IMG/VR virus record: IMGVR_UViG_3300016265_001183
Coordinates: 1 to 27,620 of that record
DNA from: a virus
Lineage: Duplodnaviria; Caudoviricetes
Reading direction: 5' to 3' (one strand)
DNA length: 27,620 nt
Shown here: one piece after another, positions 17,044 to 26,083 of the stretch
Layout of the letters: the number at the start of each line of letters is the position of its first letter
Numbering within the stretch: position 1 is the stretch's first letter
The notes under the pieces: model-generated
What the model saw: only the letters and a program-made list of their open reading frames with translations
Database searches by the model: none
Told to the model about the DNA's origin: nothing
Position numbers and translations under genes: made by a program

Positions 17044-17379
17044 TTGGGAAAAAACAAATTCAGCATCATGGGCTGGCGGGTTTTAATTAAGCCCGAAGAA
17101 GTTCCCGAAAAAACAAAAGGCGGCATTATTCTTACCGCTCAAATCAAAGAAAATCAAGAAAGAGCCTGCATCAACGGCGAAATTGTCGCCATGGGGCCTT
17201 CAGCTTACACCTTCAAAGAAGATTTTGGCGATATTATCCCAAAAGTTGGCGATACCATTCTCATCACAAAATACGCGGGCAACAACATCATTATTGATGG
17301 ACAGCGTTATGTTCTGATTGAGGACAAATCAACGCTAATGATTGTGCATGATAAAAACGCCGTAAGCATGGAGAAATAA
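17044..17379 (+). CDS. groES: Phage-encoded GroES/Cpn10-like co-chaperonin
   Basis: RVLIKP...EKTKGGIIL mobile loop, GEIVAMGP, KVGDTIL..KYAG, IDGQRYVLI; SD AAGGAG with TTG start. Confidence 0.88.
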   Translation: MGKNKFSIMGWRVLIKPEEVPEKTKGGIILTAQIKENQERACINGEIVAMGPSAYTFKEDFGDIIPKVGDTILITKYAGNNIIIDGQRYVLIEDKSTLMIVHDKNAVSMEK

Positions 17380-17380
17380 T

Positions 17381-18235
17381 ATGTTAGACACACAAGAGCC
17401 ATTACTTGGTAACGATGAACCCTTAACAAGCGAGATAGATAATGACATCGACACGCAAGACGATTCGCAGCCGGCTGAGCGCACTGCGCCAGAAGATGAT
17501 TACTGGGCTAAAGAGGCTTATAAACAAGGCTGGCGTCCTGATAAGTATAGTCCTGAAGATCCCCGGTATAAAGACCCTAAGACTTTTGTTATTCAGGGCG
17601 AGCGCATCCGGGAAAGAGAACTCGAACGTCTAGAACGAATTGAAAAACAATTAGAATTACAGCGGCAAGAGCGCGAAAAAGAAAAAAAGGCATCCATTCA
17701 GCGTGATATTGAACAATATAACAACATCCGCCTTCAGGCCGTAGCAGAAGGTGACACGGAAAAATTTAAAGTCGTCGAAAATAAAATACGGGAACTCAGT
17801 CAACAAGCCGCCCCTACCCCGCAGCCGCAGCAAAATACACCGCAAGAACTGCCCGAAGTTTCCGAATTTAAGCAGCGCAACGCTTGGTATGGGCAGGATA
17901 AACAAAAAACTGTTTATGCCCGCTCCGTTGTGGCGCGCATAGAAATGGAACTACAGGAAGGCTTGCGCGGCCCTATGAGCAACGCAGAAATTCTAGCCAT
18001 TGCCGAAAGCGAAACATTATCGAGGTTTAAAATGCAGCCACAATCGTTTACCCCGCCTGTTAACCGGCAAACGCCAACAACCAATCAGCGGACTAAAAAA
18101 ACGTATAATGACTTGAACCACGTGCAAAAAACCGTTCTGGACAGAATGTTGCGAAGCCCGCGCACCGCGCCCAAAGACGATGCGGCGCGTAAACAGATGA
18201 TTGCCAAGTATGTAAGTGAAGTTTTTGGAGAATAA
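17381..18235 (+). CDS. Putative capsid scaffolding protein
   Basis: Acidic N-terminus, A.KQGWRP, coiled coil, F..RNAWYGQD; lies between portal and capsid genes. Confidence 0.72.
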   Translation: MLDTQEPLLGNDEPLTSEIDNDIDTQDDSQPAERTAPEDDYWAKEAYKQGWRPDKYSPEDPRYKDPKTFVIQGERIRERELERLERIEKQLELQRQEREKEKKASIQRDIEQYNNIRLQAVAEGDTEKFKVVENKIRELSQQAAPTPQPQQNTPQELPEVSEFKQRNAWYGQDKQKTVYARSVVARIEMELQEGLRGPMSNAEILAIAESETLSRFKMQPQSFTPPVNRQTPTTNQRTKKTYNDLNHVQKTVLDRMLRSPRTAPKDDAARKQMIAKYVSEVFGE

Positions 18236-18236
18236 T

Positions 18237-18821
18237 ATGTCGATTGAACAAAAAATTGAAGAAACCGAAGAATTTAGTATTGACATCCCTGCTGCACCTG
18301 TTAAGGAAAGCATAAGTGTTCGTCGTTCCACTGGTAGAGTAAGCGCCAAAAATGAGCGTCAAGGGCATATAGCACAGTCATTAAAAGAAACAAAAGACCC
18401 AGCAGATTTAGATAATATCCAACGAATCAGAAAATTACGCGAAAAAGGTTCGTTCCGGTCAGATGAGCCAATAAAGAAGCTCCCGATGCCAGAACGCCCC
18501 GGCTATCGTCGTTATTGGGCAAATGACAAGCCCGGCAGAATCAAGCAGCTTTTAGATAGAGGCTGGGATTTTGTTACCGAGGCAGATGCGCTCACGCCTG
18601 ATTCAGGTGGAAGAATTTCAGCTATAGTCAATTCCAACGCAGAATTACCGTCTAAGGCATATCTCATGGAAATTCCAATTGAATTTTGGCGTGAAGATAT
18701 GGATACGCGGCATTCACGCATTGATTCTTTGGAAAAGGCTATAACAGAAGGCGAATACATCCTTGATAAGGATAGAGGAAACCAGAAATCAGCAGATTTC
18801 TACAAACCGAACATACGATGA
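18237..18821 (+). CDS. Conserved head-module hypothetical protein
   Basis: SD GGAGA before ATG 18237; RPGYRRYWAND..GRI..L..RGWDFV and LMEIP.E motifs. Confidence 0.72.
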   Translation: MSIEQKIEETEEFSIDIPAAPVKESISVRRSTGRVSAKNERQGHIAQSLKETKDPADLDNIQRIRKLREKGSFRSDEPIKKLPMPERPGYRRYWANDKPGRIKQLLDRGWDFVTEADALTPDSGGRISAIVNSNAELPSKAYLMEIPIEFWREDMDTRHSRIDSLEKAITEGEYILDKDRGNQKSADFYKPNIR

Positions 18822-18836
18822 AGGTAAGGATAAAAA

Positions 18837-19415
18837 ATGGCAAACATTGACGCCCCATTCGGCTTGCGCCCCCTTAAATACCGGAGCGGTGCGCCTTACT
18901 CTGGCGGCTTTAATCGCTATGCAGTAGCATCAAACAACGTGGCTCTTTACATTAATGACCCACTGGTTCTTACGGGTGAAGCGGATGTAAACGGCGTTCC
19001 TATTGTAACAAGAGCAACTGCCGGAACCGGAAACCCGATTGTAGGCACGCTGGTTGGCTTTGAGCGCAACAACAACAACCTAGACAAACTTTATCTGTTG
19101 GCAAACCAGGGCGGTTACGTTCATGTTGCCGATGATCCAGGTTTGGTTTTTGAAATTCAAGCAGACGGCGCATTAACTAGCGCGTCGGTTGGTTTAAATG
19201 CTGTGTTGATTTACACCAATGCCGGCAGCAACTTTACCGGCGAGAGTGGCGCAGAGCTAGATACGGGCACAACTACTGCCCCAGCAACAACGGCTGCTTT
19301 CCAGCTAAAGATTCTACGGTTTAAACAAATTGTGGATAGCGAAGTTGGCACAAACGCTGTTTTAGAAGTATTAATTAACAACCACCAGCTAAACAACGGC
19401 ACAGCGGGCATTTAA
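18837..19415 (+). CDS. Putative minor capsid/decoration protein
   Basis: MAN.DAPFGLRP start, V.DDP.LVFEIQAD, V.INNH; directly upstream of the major capsid gene. Confidence 0.7.
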   Translation: MANIDAPFGLRPLKYRSGAPYSGGFNRYAVASNNVALYINDPLVLTGEADVNGVPIVTRATAGTGNPIVGTLVGFERNNNNLDKLYLLANQGGYVHVADDPGLVFEIQADGALTSASVGLNAVLIYTNAGSNFTGESGAELDTGTTTAPATTAAFQLKILRFKQIVDSEVGTNAVLEVLINNHQLNNGTAGI

Positions 19416-19431
19416 GGCTTAAGAGGAAACA

Positions 19432-20346
19432 ATGGCAGCAACAATTACCACATCAACGGTAGCCAAGGCACTAGTACCCGGCGCAATTAAAGACTGGTTT
19501 GGCGTAGGCTATGACGAATATCCTACTATTTATACCCAGTATATGGACATGGAAACCTCAGACCGCGAGTTTGAAGAATTTGTCCAGTTAACGGGCTTCG
19601 GGCTTGTGCCGCAAAAACCGCAAGGCGCACCCATGGCAACGGATACCATCCGCCAAGGGTACATTAACCGGTTCACCCACATTGGTTATGGTTTGGGTTT
19701 CATTATTACTCACGAAGCCATTGCGGATAACAAATACGCCCAAGTTGCCGAAGCGCGCACTATTGCTTTGGGTACTGCCTTCCGTCAAACTAAAGAAACA
19801 GTTTGCGCAAACCTGTTGAACCGCGCCTTTAACAGCAGCTTTACTTTTGGCGATGGCGTTGAATTAATTTCTAATGCGCATCCAACCATTTCTGGGAACC
19901 AAAGCAATGAGTTTACCAGCGCAGACTTTAGCGAGGCGGCCATAGAAGATATTTCTATCGGTGTGCGCCGCTTCAGGGATGACCGCCGAAACGTTCTTCG
20001 CGCCAATATTGACATATGGATTCTGCCGCCTGAATTAGAATTTGACGCAATGCGCGTTTTAGATAGCGAAATGCAATCAGGAACCGCTAACAACGACATT
20101 AACGCTTATAAAAAATCTAACAATGGAAAAAAATTTATTATCAATCCATTTCTTGAGGCGACAGACGCTTACTTTGCAAAAACATCCATTCGAAACGGTT
20201 ATGTTCTTGTAGAGCGCGAAGATCTACCCATCGCTCAAGATAATACGATTAACAGCATGAACCTGAGTTATTATAAGTATCAACGTTATTCTGTTGGCTC
20301 CGTTGAATGGCGCGGCGCAACAGGCAGCACTGGTACTGGCGCTTAA
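19432..20346 (+). CDS. Major capsid protein (HK97 fold)
   Basis: 304 aa; SDREFEE....GFG, YGLGFIITHEAI.DN.Y, F.QTKE...AN.LNRAF, GDGV.L.S.AHP, NDINA. Confidence 0.88.
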   Translation: MAATITTSTVAKALVPGAIKDWFGVGYDEYPTIYTQYMDMETSDREFEEFVQLTGFGLVPQKPQGAPMATDTIRQGYINRFTHIGYGLGFIITHEAIADNKYAQVAEARTIALGTAFRQTKETVCANLLNRAFNSSFTFGDGVELISNAHPTISGNQSNEFTSADFSEAAIEDISIGVRRFRDDRRNVLRANIDIWILPPELEFDAMRVLDSEMQSGTANNDINAYKKSNNGKKFIINPFLEATDAYFAKTSIRNGYVLVEREDLPIAQDNTINSMNLSYYKYQRYSVGSVEWRGATGSTGTGA

Positions 20347-20354
20347 TACTAATT

Positions 20355-20377
20355 TTCCCAATGCCGAAAGGCGGGAA
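20355..20377 (+). other. GAAA-tetraloop hairpin after the major capsid gene
   Basis: TTCCC aat GCC GAAA GGC GGGAA; no U-tract follows on the plus strand. Confidence 0.4.
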
Positions 20378-20398
20378 TGGCAACCTGTGGAGTAAATT

Positions 20399-21316
20399 AT
20401 GCCAATTTCAAATTACCCTAATGGTTTTAACCAAGGGCTTCTTATTCGTAATATGCCGCTGGCTATCGCGCATCCGGGCAAGGTTTTTTGGGTTAATAGC
20501 TCAGCTTCCTACACCGGTAGAGAAGGCACATTTGAGCGTCCATTTACTACTGTGGCGGCAGCATTAGCTAAATGCCAAGCCGGGCGCGGTGACATCATTA
20601 TGGTTTCGCCTGGGCACACAGAAACCATCAGCACGGCAACATCTTTAGTGCTCAACGTTACTGGCGTTGCTATTATCGGCCTTGGAACCGGCAGCTTGCG
20701 GCCTACATTCAACATTAGCGCAACAGGCGCATTTATAGATATTACCGCCGCCAACACCACGTTGGTTAACGTGCTTATCACTGGCGGCATTGATGCTATT
20801 GTGCGCGCTGTGCTTGTAAGGGCTGCGGATGTTACTTTGCAGGCAATCGAATACCGCGACGTAACGGGTCAAGTAACAGACGCCATTCTTACCACGGCGG
20901 CTGCTGACCGTTTGCGCATTCTTGACCACACCCACAATGGCGACACGGCAGCGGGAACAAACGCAGCGATTGCTATTGTTGGCGGCAGCAACATTGAAAT
21001 TACAATTGACCGCATGGATGGAAACTTTGCGGTAGGCGGCATTGATATTCGCACAACGGCAACGACCAATCTTTTAGTGCGCGACGTGCGTTATTTTCGG
21101 ACTAGAAATGCGGCAGATATATTCATTGTTGATACCATTACCGGCTCTACTGGCCAAGTGGGTCCAAACATTTACCTGCGTTTGCAAGACAACGCGGCAA
21201 ACATTACAGAGGCATGTACTGGCGCAACGTTTGTATATCACCAGCCAATCAGCATTGTAAATGCTGCTGGCGAAGTGGGCATGAATACAAACATTACCGC
21301 AAGTACCGATGCTTAA
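20399..21316 (+). CDS. Virion protein with putative right-handed beta-helix
   Basis: GTFERPFTTVAAAL, GDIIMVSPGHTE, GVAIIGLG start typical of pectin-lyase-like folds, followed by beta-rich repeats. Confidence 0.68.
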   Translation: MPISNYPNGFNQGLLIRNMPLAIAHPGKVFWVNSSASYTGREGTFERPFTTVAAALAKCQAGRGDIIMVSPGHTETISTATSLVLNVTGVAIIGLGTGSLRPTFNISATGAFIDITAANTTLVNVLITGGIDAIVRAVLVRAADVTLQAIEYRDVTGQVTDAILTTAAADRLRILDHTHNGDTAAGTNAAIAIVGGSNIEITIDRMDGNFAVGGIDIRTTATTNLLVRDVRYFRTRNAADIFIVDTITGSTGQVGPNIYLRLQDNAANITEACTGATFVYHQPISIVNAAGEVGMNTNITASTDA

Positions 21317-21328
21317 TAGGAGCTAAAA

Positions 21329-22066
21329 ATGCCCGATACAATTAAAAGAGGCTTTAACCGGTTTCCTGATGGTCTATCAAATCAGCCGGTTGAATCTGTA
21401 TTTGCACTTCTTGATGCCCCACTGCTTACCAATTGGGCTGTATTTCAAGAAGATTTTGTTAGGCCTTGGGATGTAAGCGCCGGCGGTGAATTTACGCATA
21501 CGCAAACCAATGGCGCACTTACAAACGGGGGATCCACTGGCATATTGGTTCAAACGCTTGGCGGCGCAGATAATGACACATCTCAGTTCCAAGCATCCTT
21601 ATCAGGGTTTAATTTAACTGTTGGTAAAAAATTTGCATTTGAAGCGCGTTGCCGTATTGGCTTGGGCGCGTCAGGCGTTCTTGGCGAAGAAGAATTATTT
21701 ATTGGCCTTGCTACTATTCAGACCGGCACTAACTTCATGGCGGCGGACGGCTTGAGTCGTGCTTTTGACGCGGGCATTGGTTTTATTTCGTTTGATGGAT
21801 CCAGCAGCATTAATGCTTTGCAAGGCGTTGGTGATGTTTTTAGCACAGAGCTTAATGCGTTTACTTATGCCGGCGCTGTTTGGTATAAATTCGGCATATA
21901 CTATGATGGTACAACCGCAACGTATTATGTAAATAACAACAAGGTTGCCTCTATAAGCACGAACATACCAACCAGCATAATTTCGCCATGCCTGTATATT
22001 AAAGCCGGCGAAGCAAGGGCAAAAACGCTAGAAACAGATTATATTATTGCAGCAGTGGAGCGTTAA
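21329..22066 (+). CDS. Virion protein with putative concanavalin A/laminin G-like domain
   Basis: FQEDF...FEAR...FIGL...WYKFGIYYDGTTATYYVNN...DYI....R pattern; SD AGGAG. Confidence 0.65.
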   Translation: MPDTIKRGFNRFPDGLSNQPVESVFALLDAPLLTNWAVFQEDFVRPWDVSAGGEFTHTQTNGALTNGGSTGILVQTLGGADNDTSQFQASLSGFNLTVGKKFAFEARCRIGLGASGVLGEEELFIGLATIQTGTNFMAADGLSRAFDAGIGFISFDGSSSINALQGVGDVFSTELNAFTYAGAVWYKFGIYYDGTTATYYVNNNKVASISTNIPTSIISPCLYIKAGEARAKTLETDYIIAAVER

Positions 22067-22067
22067 T

Positions 22068-22472
22068 GTGCCTAATATTCTTAACCAATATGTTGCAAAC
22101 GACGGCGTAAGAAGCGCCATTATTCGCTTGCATATAGTTGGGGACGGATCCGGCGATTACACCAACCAACTCATAGCCGCTAAAGGAAACTTTCAGGGTG
22201 ATTTCGATGAGTTTAAAATCAAGTGCATAAATAGCAATATATCTGGATTTGAAGCAAGCCTTTTATGGCAAGGCTCGCCGAACGTTCATGCAGCTACAAT
22301 ACCAGACGGTGACAGCACTTTAAAATTATACAATGCGCCGATTAGAAACAATGCACCAAGCAAAACCGACTCTTTGTTATTATCAACAAACAATTTGAAT
22401 AACGGCAGCGAAGGTATTATTATAATTCATCTTCAAAAGGTAAAACTGCCAAATGTCAATGCGAGACCGTAA
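22068..22472 (+). CDS. Putative virion structural protein
   Basis: GTG 22068 just after the upstream stop, SD GGAG; beta-rich; inside the late operon. Confidence 0.62.
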   Translation: MPNILNQYVANDGVRSAIIRLHIVGDGSGDYTNQLIAAKGNFQGDFDEFKIKCINSNISGFEASLLWQGSPNVHAATIPDGDSTLKLYNAPIRNNAPSKTDSLLLSTNNLNNGSEGIIIIHLQKVKLPNVNARP

Positions 22473-22710
22473 AACATACGCAAAACTAGGCGACTGGAAT
22501 GTTTATGATGAGCGCAGCGGCTATAAATATAAAGCCTCTGAGATGGCAAAAGATTGGAATAACGCCGTAGTACACAAGTCGTCTTTAGATGGGCTGCACC
22601 CCCTTAGAAAAGAATGGCCTATGCCTGAGCCAAAAATTCCTTCTTTTATGCGCCCTGGGCCTAACTACAGAGAGCTTTCCGTTGGTGAAATTACGCCAGA
22701 GGATTTATAA
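22453..22710 (+). CDS. Small conserved neck-module protein
   Basis: GDWNV.D.RSGYKY....M.KDWN..VV.....D..HP...P..RP pattern; precedes the adaptor gene. Confidence 0.7.
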   Translation: MSMRDRKTYAKLGDWNVYDERSGYKYKASEMAKDWNNAVVHKSSLDGLHPLRKEWPMPEPKIPSFMRPGPNYRELSVGEITPEDL

Positions 22711-23655
22711 ATGGCTCTTTCAGGATCTATAGATTTTAATGCTACCCGCAACGAGGTTGTTACCAAGGCGCTAGAGGAAGTTCAACTTGCTGGCCTAGGG
22801 CTAACACCAAGCACAAACGTATTTAACGGCGCGGTATGGCGATTAAATGCCATGATAAAATCTTTACAATCTGAGGGCGCTTATTTGTGGAAACAAGAAG
22901 AAGCTACTCTATTTGTTCAAAAAAATCAGACCACCTATAACATAGGCCTTACTGGCGATCATTGTGCGAAAACTTATTACTCTACAAAAACCAGCGCGGC
23001 AGCATCTTCTGGCGCAACGGCAATTGTTGTAACAAGCGCCACAAATCTAGCTAATGGCCAAAACATTGGTGTTTATTTATCTGATGGCAGCAGGCAATGG
23101 ACAACAATAAGTTCCATTGCAGGCACAACCGTTAATTTGGGCGCAGCATTGACCGCAGACGTATCGTCAGGCGCAACGGTGTATGCCTATGCAACAAAAG
23201 TGCGGAGACCGCTTAAAATAACAGAAGCATGGTATAGAGACGCATCCGATTACGACACCCCCTTAAACATTATGACGCGCAATACATACAATCGCATGGG
23301 AGACAAGGAGACGTCATCTGGGCCTGTTAATTCTATATATTATAACCCCAAAAGAATCAATTTAGGAGAGTTAAAACTTTATCCAAAGCCAAGCGATTCT
23401 CTTGACAGAGTATATATTGACATGTATGAGGTTTTTGACGACCTAGACAATGCTGGCGATGATTTTGATTTCCCGCAGGAATGGGTGTTAATGCTGACGT
23501 ATAATCTTGCAGAATTGTTAATACCAATGGCGGGCTTTACAGCGGCAGATGAGCTAAAAGTAAAATTTATTATAAACAAGGCAAAAGAATTGAAATCGAA
23601 CCTTAAAGCATTTGATAGAGAAGCGGGGGTCCAATTTGATTTGGATGTAGGATAA
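22711..23655 (+). CDS. Head-tail adaptor (P22 gp4-like) with an inserted beta-rich domain
   Basis: MALSGS.DF, LNAMI..LQ.EG..LW, L.LYPKP, DFPQEW...L.YNLA; Ser/Thr/Ala-rich insert in the middle. Confidence 0.72.
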   Translation: MALSGSIDFNATRNEVVTKALEEVQLAGLGLTPSTNVFNGAVWRLNAMIKSLQSEGAYLWKQEEATLFVQKNQTTYNIGLTGDHCAKTYYSTKTSAAASSGATAIVVTSATNLANGQNIGVYLSDGSRQWTTISSIAGTTVNLGAALTADVSSGATVYAYATKVRRPLKITEAWYRDASDYDTPLNIMTRNTYNRMGDKETSSGPVNSIYYNPKRINLGELKLYPKPSDSLDRVYIDMYEVFDDLDNAGDDFDFPQEWVLMLTYNLAELLIPMAGFTAADELKVKFIINKAKELKSNLKAFDREAGVQFDLDVG

Positions 23656-25058
23656 TGCCGCAAGTTTCCCTGCCCCTTACGGGCGGAAAATCAAAAGCTG
23701 GTTTTTTCGTTGCAAAAAAAATAGTTAACTTTTATCCAGAGCCAATGCAAAGCCCTGATGGCAGGGGGCCAGCAGAATTAAAACCTACGCCGGGGAACAC
23801 GGTTTTTAGCACGCCAGGCGGCGCTATAAGAGGCGGGTATGGTCACGAAGTACACGGCCTGTATGTTGTGTCAGGCACAACGCTTTATTATATTAACAGC
23901 AGCGGTGCAGCAACCTCGCGTGGTACAATAGGCGGCACTGGTCAATGCATGTTAGAATGCAACGGGGCAGAAATTTTTATATTGGCAGACAGCGCGGGGT
24001 ACATTTTTAACACAAATACAAATACATTGACTGCGATTACTAACCCCAATTACCAGCAAGCCAATAGCGTTACATACAATGATGGTTATTTTTTTCTAAC
24101 CGCTGGGCGATCTCGTTTTATTAGCAATCAATTTGACGGTTTAAATTATTCTTCTTTAGCGTCCGGTATATCTACTTCAATTATTGATACAGTCAAAGGT
24201 GCAAAACAATATAGAGATGATATATACGTTTTTGGCGGCGTAAAAACAGAGGTGTTAACTAACACTGGGCAGGGTGATTTTCCTTATGCTTTAATTAACG
24301 GCGGCGTGATAAATAAAGGCTGTTTCTCGCGGTTTACCATTCAAGAAATGTCGGACTGCATTATCTGGCTTGGAAACGATTTTATTTTTTACAAATCAGC
24401 TAATTATAGCCCAGAACCAGTTAGTGAGCCGTGGTTGGCACAAGAAATTAAGGCTCTTTCTAATCCAGCAAACGTTGCTTCATCTACATTTTTTCTGGAT
24501 GGCCAAGAAATTTACGTGGTGAGCTTTTACACCGATAATAAAACGTACATTTACTCAAAAATGACTGGCGCTTGGGTTGAGGCAACCAGCGGCGTTTCTG
24601 GCGCATCCGCTTGGAATGGCACGGTGACGCTGGCAGCTTACGGCAAGCAATATTCTTTTTGTATTGGCGGCACAAAAGTTTTTGAGCTTTCATCTTCTTC
24701 TTATGCGGACGACTCCAATGAAATAGTAAGAATATTGCAAACAGCGCCTATATTTGTTGATGATGGCATTATAACCCACGATAGAGTAGAATTAATCTTA
24801 AAATCTGGGATTGGAACGTCCTCTGGCTCTGATACGGATCCATTGGTTTCTTTGTCTTTTTCAGACGACGGCGGCGCAACATTTATTGATGCCGGCAATA
24901 GGAGCGCCGGCTTGATTGGCAGCAACGAAACGCGCGTAGTTTGGGACGGATTGGGTATGTCCTCGGCTAAAGGCAGGGTTTATAAATTTACTTTTAGTGC
25001 TAAGGTTCAGTGGAGCATTGCCGGACTAGAAATAGGCGGCGGAAGGCGGAAATCATGA
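23655..25058 (+). CDS. Tail hub / packaged-DNA stabilization protein (P22 gp10-like)
   Basis: VNFYP, L.PTPG, IRG, LYVVSG..LY, V.YNDGYF, WLGND, DP.V.L.FSDDGG.TF, RV.W.GLG; TAATG coupling. Confidence 0.82.
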   Translation: MPQVSLPLTGGKSKAGFFVAKKIVNFYPEPMQSPDGRGPAELKPTPGNTVFSTPGGAIRGGYGHEVHGLYVVSGTTLYYINSSGAATSRGTIGGTGQCMLECNGAEIFILADSAGYIFNTNTNTLTAITNPNYQQANSVTYNDGYFFLTAGRSRFISNQFDGLNYSSLASGISTSIIDTVKGAKQYRDDIYVFGGVKTEVLTNTGQGDFPYALINGGVINKGCFSRFTIQEMSDCIIWLGNDFIFYKSANYSPEPVSEPWLAQEIKALSNPANVASSTFFLDGQEIYVVSFYTDNKTYIYSKMTGAWVEATSGVSGASAWNGTVTLAAYGKQYSFCIGGTKVFELSSSSYADDSNEIVRILQTAPIFVDDGIITHDRVELILKSGIGTSSGSDTDPLVSLSFSDDGGATFIDAGNRSAGLIGSNETRVVWDGLGMSSAKGRVYKFTFSAKVQWSIAGLEIGGGRRKS

Positions 25059-26083
25059 CCGTTGTAACTAAATTACCTGCCCCGTCGCAAATATTTGTTG
25101 ATACGCTCGGACGCCTTACGGTTGATGCTCGAAAGTTTTTGTCCGAGCTTTACAATAAGGCGGGCGGCAGCAGCCCCACAAGCGCATTTAAAGTCCCCGT
25201 TGGCGGTGTTTTTATGTGGGCCGGCTTAACAGCGCCCAGCGGGTTTTTATTGTGTAATGGTGCAGCAGTTAGCCGGGCAACATATGCAGATCTTTTTGCC
25301 GCCATAGGAACGGATTATGGCATTGGCGATGGAAGCACTACTTTTAATTTGCCTGACCTTCGCAACAGAGTTGCCCTAGGTGCAAGCACTACTTATTCAA
25401 GAGGCGTTGCGTATGGGTCCGAAACAGGAACAATAGCGCAAACAAATCTTCCAAACGTTAACTTTACTGTTACAGAAACGCCACACACGCACATTATTAA
25501 CGTGACGGATGCAGGCCACACGCACACGTTTACTGGTACGGCACACAACCACACGATTACTGATGCAGGCCACACGCACACGTTTACTGGTACGGCACAC
25601 AACCACACCAGCCCTGCGCACGGCCACACCAGCCCTGCACACAACCACACCAGCCCTGCGCACGGCCACACCAGCCCTGCGCACAACCACACCAGCCCTG
25701 CGCACAGCCACAACGCAGCAGCAGGCAGCTTTGTTCAAAGCGCCGCAGGAACGGAATACGTTAACACTGCGGGCAACAAGGGAACATTAAGCGCGGCGAC
25801 GGCGACTGCTGCTGTAACTATTAACACAACTGCCGTAACTATTAACACAACCGCCGCAACTATTGATAACGCTGCTGCAACAGGTACAAACGCAAACAAC
25901 ACTACTGGCATTACAGTAAATAACCAAACTGCAACAGGCACAAACGCCAGTAGCACTGCCGGTATTACCGCCGCCGCCACTTCGGTATCTACGGGCATTA
26001 CCGTAGCCAGCGGTGGTAGCGCCACTCCGGTAAGTCTTTTACAGCCTAGCCTAGCTATCAACTACATTATCAGAGCATTATGA
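25055..26083 (+). CDS. Tail fibre with collar domain and HxH-repeat needle
   Basis: ATGA coupling at 25055; collar motif PVG...WAG.TAPSGFLLCNG.AVSR.TY.DLF..IGT.YG.GDGSTTFNLPDLR; ten HxH motifs; C-terminal QP.LA.NYII. Confidence 0.88.
   Translation: MTVVTKLPAPSQIFVDTLGRLTVDARKFLSELYNKAGGSSPTSAFKVPVGGVFMWAGLTAPSGFLLCNGAAVSRATYADLFAAIGTDYGIGDGSTTFNLPDLRNRVALGASTTYSRGVAYGSETGTIAQTNLPNVNFTVTETPHTHIINVTDAGHTHTFTGTAHNHTITDAGHTHTFTGTAHNHTSPAHGHTSPAHNHTSPAHGHTSPAHNHTSPAHSHNAAAGSFVQSAAGTEYVNTAGNKGTLSAATATAAVTINTTAVTINTTAATIDNAAATGTNANNTTGITVNNQTATGTNASSTAGITAAATSVSTGITVASGGSATPVSLLQPSLAINYIIRAL
25508..25708 (+). repeat. Intragenic tandem repeats, outgoing arm of the fibre
   Basis: 47-bp identical direct repeat with 54-bp period (25508, 25562), then five 21-bp units CACACCAGCCCTGC(G/A)CAC(GGC/AAC/AGC) at 25604-25708. 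Confidence 0.92.
25811..25873 (+). repeat. Intragenic 21-bp tandem repeat, returning arm of the fibre
   Basis: GCTGTAACTATTAACACAACT / GCCGTAACTATTAACACAACC / GCCGCAACTATTGATAACGCT (AVTINTT, AVTINTT, AATIDNA). Confidence 0.85.

Noticed and set aside
20307-20567. Frameshift or read-through extension of the major capsid protein
   Set aside because: TAA is followed by a second in-frame TAA, no slippery site is evident, and the next gene has its own SD
25508-25708. Fibre repeats as a DGR template/variable pair or invertible cassette
   Set aside because: They are in-frame tandem repeats; no reverse transcriptase or invertase in the window
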